Below, in pieces: positions 57,558-64,000 of a stretch of DNA of 64,000 nt. Numbering within the stretch: position 1 is the first letter of the stretch; the number at the start of each line of letters is the position of its first letter. Source of the DNA: an uncultured Gammaproteobacteria bacterium (GTDB lineage: Bacteria > Pseudomonadota > Gammaproteobacteria > Chromatiales > Chromatiaceae); contig CAVWYD010000009.1 of NCBI GenBank assembly GCA_963759055.1, positions 54,529 through 118,528 on the forward strand. The letters run 5' to 3'. The position numbers and the translations under genes were made by a program. Below the pieces are notes generated by a model. The model saw only the letters and a list, made by a program, of their open reading frames with translations, searched no databases and was not told where the DNA came from.

Positions 57558-59054
57558 CTACATTTTTACCTTGCTGCGCCGCAGCAGAAATTCGGCGAGC
57601 AGGGGGACCGGGCGCCCGGTTGCTCCTTTATTTTCGCCGGAATTCCAGGCTGTGCCCGCGATATCCAGGTGTGCCCATTTGAACGACTTGGTAAAGCGTG
57701 ACAGGAAACAGGCGGCGGTGATGGTCCCTGCACCCTTTCCTCCAATGTTGGCCATGTCCGCAAAATTACTGTCGAGCTGGGCCTGATATTCTTCCCACAG
57801 TGGCAGGCGCCAGGTCCGGTCGCCACACCCGGTGCCGGCCTCCTGCAGTTCATCGGCCAGCTTGTCGTCATTTGCCATCAGTCCGCTTGCCTGATTGCCG
57901 AGTGCCACGATGCAGGCACCGGTGAGCGTTGCGATGTCGATCACCGCTGCCGGATCGAAACGTTCCGTGTAGGTCAGTGCATCGCAAAGGATCAGGCGAC
58001 CCTCGGCATCGGTGTTCAGGATCTCGATTGTCTGACCGGACATCGATGTGACGATGTCGCCCGGTTTGTTGGCGTCGCCATCCGGCAGGTTCTCGGAACT
58101 GGGGATGACGCCGACCACATTGATCGGAAGGTCGAGTTCGACACAGGCCGCGATAGCACCGAGCACACTGGCTCCACCGCACATATCGTATTTCATCTCA
58201 TCCATGTTGGGTGACGGTTTGATCGAGATGCCGCCGGCGTCGAATGTCAGACCCTTGCCCACCAGTGCGACAGGCTTGGATCCGGCTTTTCCTCCCTTGT
58301 ATTCGAGGACGATCAGTTTGGCCTCCTGACGGCTGCCGCGTGATACGGAGAGCAGAGAGCCCATGCCAAGCTTCTGCATCTGGTTCTCGTTGAGTACGGA
58401 CACCTTCAGCTTGCGTTTGCCCCGGCCGAGTGCCTGAGCCTGCTCTGCGAGGTAAGTGGGTGTACAGACGTTGCCAGGCAGGTTGGCGAGATCCCTGGCC
58501 AAGCTGCTGCCGATCCCTATCGCGCGACCGTGTTCGGCGGCACGTGTTCCGGCGTTCTGCTGCGCCCGTGACTGTGCCAGAAAAGCCACCCGCTTGAGCG
58601 GACGTTTCGGTGGTTTCGATTCGCTCTTGCATTGATCGAAACGGTAGGTGGCCGATTCGGCCGCCTTCACGGCCTCGCGGACCAATCTGTAGGTGAGGTC
58701 ATCGTCGGCCTTATTCGGCAGCAATACGAGACAATCGGCGGCGCCTGATGTCTCCAGTTGCGCAAACGCCGGCAGCAGTGCGAGTCCGAATTGCGTCGCG
58801 TTGAACGATTTGGGTTCGCCCAGCCCAACCAGGAGAATGCGGACGGCTGCGCAGCCCTCCAGCTCGTAAAGCATCTGAGTCTGACCGATATCGCCGGCAA
58901 AATCCTGGCGTTTCAGGATTCTCTTGATCTGCCCGCCAAGCGCCTCATCGAGTGAATCGCCCAACGGAGTGAGGTGGTTCTTGCTATGCACCCCTACCAC
59001 CAGGCAGGCGGCTCTCAACTTTTCTGCAGCACCGAGTTTGCAGCTGTATTCCAT
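57558..59054 (-). CDS. pepA: Leucyl aminopeptidase
   Basis: VGKGLTFDAGGISIK, MKYDMCGG, NTDAEGRL, ATLTGA and WAHLDIAG. Confidence 0.96.
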   Translation of the reverse strand: MEYSCKLGAAEKLRAACLVVGVHSKNHLTPLGDSLDEALGGQIKRILKRQDFAGDIGQTQMLYELEGCAAVRILLVGLGEPKSFNATQFGLALLPAFAQLETSGAADCLVLLPNKADDDLTYRLVREAVKAAESATYRFDQCKSESKPPKRPLKRVAFLAQSRAQQNAGTRAAEHGRAIGIGSSLARDLANLPGNVCTPTYLAEQAQALGRGKRKLKVSVLNENQMQKLGMGSLLSVSRGSRQEAKLIVLEYKGGKAGSKPVALVGKGLTFDAGGISIKPSPNMDEMKYDMCGGASVLGAIAACVELDLPINVVGVIPSSENLPDGDANKPGDIVTSMSGQTIEILNTDAEGRLILCDALTYTERFDPAAVIDIATLTGACIVALGNQASGLMANDDKLADELQEAGTGCGDRTWRLPLWEEYQAQLDSNFADMANIGGKGAGTITAACFLSRFTKSFKWAHLDIAGTAWNSGENKGATGRPVPLLAEFLLRRSKVKM

Positions 59055-59175
59055 GGGTTCCCTCGAGTGATCGGATTACGCAGCCAGCAGTGCTTTCGCT
59101 TGCTGTCTGTTGGCGGTATGGTTCGACGTTGTCGTCCGGACAGAGTGTAACGAATCGGGAGAGCAAAGGAAGTAC

Positions 59176-60276
59176 ATGGGGGTCATCGACCGACTATTGC
59201 TGCGCGAGATTCTCAAGACCCTGTTCGTGGTTTTGCTTGTTCTGGCCGTGGTGTTGCTATCGAATACCCTCGTGCGCTATCTCGGTATGGCTGCCAGCGG
59301 TGCGCTGGGGACTAACGTGCTGTTGCTCGTCGTCGGTCTGGAACTGGTCAAGGCGCTTGGTCTGATTATCCCGCCAGCCTTTTTCTTTTCGGTGCTTTGG
59401 GTGCTGGGGCGGATGTACCGGGACAGCGAGATGGTCGCTCTGGCGGCGTCCGGATTTGGGCATGCACGTATCTTCCGAGCGGTGCTTTTTGCTGCTGTCC
59501 CGCTGGCCCTTCTGGTTGCGGTGCTGGTGATGGAAGTCCTGCCCTGGGCAAAGGGTCGGGTGTCGGCGCTGAAGGCCGATCAGGCCAATTCTGCAGACAT
59601 CTCGGGTGTGCGTGCGGGGCGCTTCAACGAATTCAGTCGCGGTGGGCTGGTCGTGTATACCGAGCGGCTGTCGGAAGACGGTTTCAAACTGGAAGGGGTT
59701 TTCGTTCAGGACCGTCAGCAGGGCAGGCTGGGTCTGGTGACCGCAGAGAACGCCTATCAGACCACTGATCCGGAAACGGGCGAACGCTTCGTCATCCTGA
59801 CCAATGGCCACCGTTACGAGGGGACGCCGGGCGAGCTCGAATACACGGTGGGCCGCTTTGAGGAATATGCGGTCCGGATACCCGAAATCGGAGCACTTGG
59901 TTACGAACTGTCGCGCAGCGCCAAATCCTGGCAGGCGCTTCTGGCTTCCAACGATCCGCAGGATCGCGCCGAATTTCAGTATCGCTTGTCGGTACCCCTC
60001 GCCTTGCTGGCGTTCGCGGTGCTGGCGGTGCCGCTCGCCCGATCGCCACCACGGTCTGGCATCTATGGGCGACTGACCTTCGCCGTGTTGCTGTATTTCA
60101 CCTTTTTCAATCTGCAACGCGTCGCAGAACGCTGGCTTGAAACCAATGTGGTTCCTGCCTGGCTGGGCATGTGGTGGCTGCCGATGCTGATGCTTGTGGT
60201 AGCAGGCGCCATCATGGTGTTGGATTCCAACTGGTTCTGGGTTCACCGGCCTCGCTGGATGGTGCGACGCGCATGA
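59176..60276 (+). CDS. lptF: LPS export ABC transporter permease LptF
   Basis: IDRLLLREI, LGRMYRDSEM and GRF motifs; divergent from pepA. Confidence 0.92.
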   Translation: MGVIDRLLLREILKTLFVVLLVLAVVLLSNTLVRYLGMAASGALGTNVLLLVVGLELVKALGLIIPPAFFFSVLWVLGRMYRDSEMVALAASGFGHARIFRAVLFAAVPLALLVAVLVMEVLPWAKGRVSALKADQANSADISGVRAGRFNEFSRGGLVVYTERLSEDGFKLEGVFVQDRQQGRLGLVTAENAYQTTDPETGERFVILTNGHRYEGTPGELEYTVGRFEEYAVRIPEIGALGYELSRSAKSWQALLASNDPQDRAEFQYRLSVPLALLAFAVLAVPLARSPPRSGIYGRLTFAVLLYFTFFNLQRVAERWLETNVVPAWLGMWWLPMLMLVVAGAIMVLDSNWFWVHRPRWMVRRA

Positions 60277-61343
60277 GACTGACACTGTTCGAACGCTATA
60301 TCGCGACCACCATGTTCAAGGCCACCACCATGACACTTGTGGTGTTGGTCATTTTGCTGATTTTCTTCGGTCTGATTGACGAGATGGACGACGTCGGCCG
60401 TGGTGACTACGGGCTTGGTGATGCCTTCATGGTCGCCGTTTTGTCCGCCCCGAGGTATATCTTCGAGGTTTTTCCGGTTGCCGCCCTGATCGGCAGCCTG
60501 GTTGGCCTGGGTTCCATGGGTGCGCATGGCGAGTTGATCGCCATGCGTGGCTCGGGTTTCTCGTTACGCCAGATCGTGCTTGCGGTGATGAAGGCCGGTC
60601 TCGTCATGATGCTACTGGTGTTTCTGTTCGGTGAACTTGTGGCACCGGCCAGCGAACAATGGGGTGAACAGCATCGTACGGAAAAGATGCAAAAGAAGGT
60701 CACCCTGAAATCCCGTTACGGCTTCTGGGCCCGCGACGGTCGCGCCTTCGTCAACATCCGCAGCATTCTTCCCGGTGCACGTCTGGAGGATATCTATGTC
60801 TACGAGTTTGACGAGAGCAAGCGCCTTACCCTGGCAACCCACGCCGAACGCGCGGAGCATCGGGGTGATCATTGGTTGATGTTCAGCATCCGTCAGAGCG
60901 AGATCGCTGAGACCGGTATCGGTGAGCGCCAGCTGGACCAGGCGCGCTGGGACTCGTTGCTGGACCCCGGTTTGCTGAGCGCGATCGTGATAGAGCCGAC
61001 CATGCTGCCGATCAATGAGCTTTACAATTACATCCGCGTGATGCGTGAAAACGGCCAGTCCGCCACCGACTATGAGGTCGCCTTCTGGGGCAAACTCGCG
61101 ACCCCCCTGGCGACCCTGGTCATGCTTTTTATCACGGTGCCATTCGTGCTGGGTCACCAACGATTCGTGAGCATGGGTCAGCGTATCTTTCTTGGCGTCA
61201 TGCTGGGCATGGCGTTTTATATGCTGAACCGCGGGATGTCCTACGTGGCGGTGGTCTACGATCTAAACCCGGTTGTAAGTGCGCTGATACCGGCCGGCGC
61301 TTTTCTGGCGATGGGCCTGTATATGCTCAGAGGAGCTCGTTGA
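60273..61343 (+). CDS. lptG: LPS export ABC transporter permease LptG
   Basis: FERYI, FPVAALIGSLVGLG, GELIAMR.SG.S and GFWARDG; ATGA overlap with lptF. Confidence 0.92.
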   Translation: MRLTLFERYIATTMFKATTMTLVVLVILLIFFGLIDEMDDVGRGDYGLGDAFMVAVLSAPRYIFEVFPVAALIGSLVGLGSMGAHGELIAMRGSGFSLRQIVLAVMKAGLVMMLLVFLFGELVAPASEQWGEQHRTEKMQKKVTLKSRYGFWARDGRAFVNIRSILPGARLEDIYVYEFDESKRLTLATHAERAEHRGDHWLMFSIRQSEIAETGIGERQLDQARWDSLLDPGLLSAIVIEPTMLPINELYNYIRVMRENGQSATDYEVAFWGKLATPLATLVMLFITVPFVLGHQRFVSMGQRIFLGVMLGMAFYMLNRGMSYVAVVYDLNPVVSALIPAGAFLAMGLYMLRGAR

Positions 61344-61355
61344 GCCGGGCGGCCC

Positions 61356-61784
61356 TCAGCTTTTTCTCACCATCACCAGTCGTGTGTTGCTGATGCGGTC
61401 GTGCCAGGCGAGACCATCGCGATCGAACAGAATCCATAGGTACCCCAGGCCAAGCGTCAGCATGGACAGCATCGCCGCGAAGCAGCGGGTCAATGACTGA
61501 CGCAGAGTCACCTCGGTGCCCGCACCGCTGAGCAGTTTCAGTCGCCATGCACGCATCCCGAGCGTCTGTCCCCCGTGCATCCAGAACCAGCTGAAAAAGA
61601 CCATGGGCGACAGTATTGCGTAGAGCTGCAGCATCAGGTGACTGCCCTCGCTTCCGGCCCCGACGAACGTGTCAACGGTGACTCCCAGCAACCACAAAGC
61701 CGCAACCAGCCAGCTGTCGTAGAAAATGGCGGCCAGTCGGCGCCAGAGTCCGGGGACTGCCGCGTTGTCGATATTGCTTTGCAT
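61356..61784 (-). CDS. RDD family protein
   Basis: WRRLAAIFYD, GQTLGMRAWRL and WHDRISNT. Confidence 0.9.
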   Translation of the reverse strand: MQSNIDNAAVPGLWRRLAAIFYDSWLVAALWLLGVTVDTFVGAGSEGSHLMLQLYAILSPMVFFSWFWMHGGQTLGMRAWRLKLLSGAGTEVTLRQSLTRCFAAMLSMLTLGLGYLWILFDRDGLAWHDRISNTRLVMVRKS

Positions 61785-62046
61785 GTCTTTGGAGGGGAAA
61801 TGCTGCATGACGCGTGAAGTGGTTGTCAGATTTCGTGATCGTGCGCTCGACCGAAGGTCGGTTACGCCATTTCAAATGACTGATTTATATCGATTTTAAT
61901 GTCGTTTTCTAGGGAAATTACCCGGAACCTTCAGGATTGCTCCTAATAGCTGCGCTTGTGCCGGGCGACATACATTCGGTCCCAGTAGCTCCAGCTGACA
62001 AACGGCGCAGACCGTATGCAGCGGGCGAAATCTACTGGAGGGAAGA

Positions 62047-62403
62047 ATGGAGCAGACACGCAGTGGGCGCAAGGCGATTTCACTGGATGCGGTGATTGGC
62101 TGCGCGCGGTTTGGTTTGATTCGGGGGCGGATTATCGAGCTCGGGCTGAATTCGATCTATGTCAAGGCGGCGACCAGTATCGTGCCTATCGGCGCGGAGG
62201 TCACGGTCACCTTTCAGCCGGGCGATGGGGTCTGCAGTGACTGTCTGAGCGTGAAGGGTCGGGTGACCCACCAGAGCCCGCAGGGCTTCGGGGTCGAGCT
62301 TGATTCGCCTGATCCAAAGTGTCGCGAGTTTCTGAGGCGGAATTTGCTGGTGTTTCCGCGCCGGGCGCGAATGAAGACTGCGGCCGAATTGCGAGCCATT
62401 TGA
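62047..62403 (+). CDS. PilZ-like domain protein (degenerate c-di-GMP motifs)
   Basis: GRII.L....IYV, GAEVTVTF and VKGRVTH....GFGVE beta-barrel pattern. Confidence 0.65.
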   Translation: MEQTRSGRKAISLDAVIGCARFGLIRGRIIELGLNSIYVKAATSIVPIGAEVTVTFQPGDGVCSDCLSVKGRVTHQSPQGFGVELDSPDPKCREFLRRNLLVFPRRARMKTAAELRAI

Positions 62404-62466
62404 TCATTGCTTCGGTTTTCCCGGCCCTTCAGGGGGCGTTGAGAGCCGGCTATTCTTGCTAAGTTG

Positions 62467-64000
62467 GTGAAACGCGTATTCCGGGGCGATAATTCGCCCA
62501 GGTTTACCACCGGGGCAAGATCTATCAGCAAGCGGTCGCTGTCACGAAGACTCCTGCGCAGGATACCCATACCTGTGTTGGCGCTCGCCTTTGGTCTGCT
62601 GACCGGCCTGGTCCTGTGGGTCGTGGTGGATAGGATCCAGACCCGCGCACTCAGTCATATCTTTGATCAGGCACTCGAGAGCCAACTGGATCAGCAGGCC
62701 CGCGAGTCTTTGATCCGTTTCGACGAATATCGCCGGTCTTTCACCTATTTTGCGGGCCTGATATCAACTCATCGGCGCATGGCCGATTATCTCGACCCGA
62801 TCATCTGGAGCCGCCGATCGCAGCAGATCGTGCGCTACGATGCCCGCAATCCTCCGAGTTGGCTGCCTGAAGACCCGGTTTGGCAGGGCGGGGTCAGTCC
62901 GGGACATTTTCTGTTGACGGATCGGGCGGGAGGGGTTCGCGAGCATTACAGCCCGTTGGGCCAAGATCTGCCAGAGAGTTTGCGTGGCGAGCCCAAAGGA
63001 CAGCTGTCGGTAGGGGCGGGCCGCTCCTATGTCACGGTTCTGAACAACGAACCCTGGCTGATCGTGTCAGAAAACACCGAGGACAATGCACGTACCCCCA
63101 TGGGCAGCGTGGTCCTCCTGGTTCCGCTGAACAGCGCGTTTCTCGCCGCCTCGCAGCAGTTCGTCAAATCGACTAACAATGTGGTCGCTATCCTCGACCC
63201 GGAGGCTCAGCGCATCCTGTCCAGCAGCAGTTCAGACGCGGTTCCGGCCGGGCTGGCTCTGGCGGCCCTGCAAAAGGGTTATCTGGTGACTGCGCAGTCC
63301 TTTTTCGATTATGAGGATTTCGATCTCAACCTGTTGTTTGCGACTCTGTTGCCGCGCGCTTCGTTTGAGCAGACTGGGCAGCAGGTACTTGAGCTCGAAC
63401 GCCGTCAGCGTCTGATCGGGGCTGCCGTCATCATCGTCGCTTTCGTTCTGCTTTTTTTGTTGCTGTCGAGTCGAATCAGCCGGCTGCTCAGACGCATATC
63501 CAACCTGTCCAGGAGGGCCCTGGAGATACCCGGCGCGGAACTCGACCAGCGCGGTAACCAGCTGCTGATACTGGAAGACTGGATCCGGGACTTCCTCAAA
63601 CTGGTGATGCGGGCACGCGAAGAGATGCGGCGTCAGCACGAGACTGAACTGCTCGAGACAGAAAAGCTCAGGGTGGCGGTGATGGAGGCATCCCTGGATT
63701 CAATTGTTACAGTCGACGGACGCGGCGCCATTATCGACTTCAATCCGACCGCGCAGGAAACCTTCGATTATCGCCACGAAGAAGCGGTGGGGCGTTCCTT
63801 CAGCGACCTCGTGGTCGCACCAAAATGGCAGAAGACCTTCGAGCGCCTGCTGTATCTGTCTCTGGCGGGGGCAGAACAGGGCGCGCCTCTGCAGCGCATC
63901 GAGATGCAGGCCGTGGCCCGCGACGGACGTATCTTTCCGGTCGAATTGTCTATCAAGCCGGTGTCTCTGGAGGAGCGCATGGTTTTCACGCTCTATCTGC
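62467..64000 (+). CDS. Membrane sensor with periplasmic domain and PAS (3' truncated; kinase or c-di-GMP output not visible)
   Basis: Frame 1 is open to the window end. TM1 (VLALAFGLLTGLVLWVVV), TM2 (LIGAAVIIVAFVLLFLLL) and PAS (EASLDSIVTVDGRGAIIDFNPTAQETF...RDGRIFPVELSI). Confidence 0.8.
   Translation, partial: MKRVFRGDNSPRFTTGARSISKRSLSRRLLRRIPIPVLALAFGLLTGLVLWVVVDRIQTRALSHIFDQALESQLDQQARESLIRFDEYRRSFTYFAGLISTHRRMADYLDPIIWSRRSQQIVRYDARNPPSWLPEDPVWQGGVSPGHFLLTDRAGGVREHYSPLGQDLPESLRGEPKGQLSVGAGRSYVTVLNNEPWLIVSENTEDNARTPMGSVVLLVPLNSAFLAASQQFVKSTNNVVAILDPEAQRILSSSSSDAVPAGLALAALQKGYLVTAQSFFDYEDFDLNLLFATLLPRASFEQTGQQVLELERRQRLIGAAVIIVAFVLLFLLLSSRISRLLRRISNLSRRALEIPGAELDQRGNQLLILEDWIRDFLKLVMRAREEMRRQHETELLETEKLRVAVMEASLDSIVTVDGRGAIIDFNPTAQETFDYRHEEAVGRSFSDLVVAPKWQKTFERLLYLSLAGAEQGAPLQRIEMQAVARDGRIFPVELSIKPVSLEERMVFTLYL

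Noticed and set aside
5538-60285. Long antisense/shadow ORFs (e.g. 5538..6629, 21170..22495, 33776..35050, 35975..37375, 38682..40088, 53188..54330, 59257..60285)
   Set aside because: They lie opposite well-supported genes, show no motifs, and are expected from codon bias in GC-rich DNA.
61880-61893. FNR-like box CTGAT-TTAT-ATCGA before the PilZ gene
   Set aside because: No -10 element at the class II position, and it lies in an AT-rich tract where chance matches are likely.

Overview
GC-rich chromosomal segment of a gammaproteobacterial sulfur/hydrogen-oxidising chemolithotroph (Chromatiales/Sedimenticolaceae-like, inferred from gene content). From left to right it carries c-di-GMP enzymes, a WYL regulator and a Wzc/GumC-like membrane protein fused to what looks like a catalytically dead tyrosine-recombinase domain. 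These are followed by two lipolytic lipoproteins, an arsS-TIGR04283-TIGR04282 (arsenosugar-type) operon, NAD-glutamate dehydrogenase, a TAXI-TRAP transporter, a CLC protein and moaB. The centre is an energy-metabolism island: hyp genes, a DsrC/TusE-like gene, a group 1e Isp-type [NiFe] hydrogenase (hupH-hynS-isp1-isp2-orf-hynL), fccAB, a ba3 (B-family) oxidase with a c4 cytochrome, and a CcoI-type ATPase. The right end is core genome (rimP-nusA-infB-rbfA-truB-rpsO-pnp, holC-pepA, lptFG). Many genes, including nusA, pnp and holC, carry frameshifts that are most likely assembly errors. No rRNA, tRNA, CRISPR array or transposase was recognised. Best leads: the Wzc-like/dead-recombinase fusion; the atypical DsrC paralog and unknown ORF tied to the Isp hydrogenase; FNR-type boxes at exact -41.5 geometry before hyn, fccAB and a DUF302 gene; and three kinds of intergenic structured repeat. 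All calls come from reading the sequence; no database searches were run.
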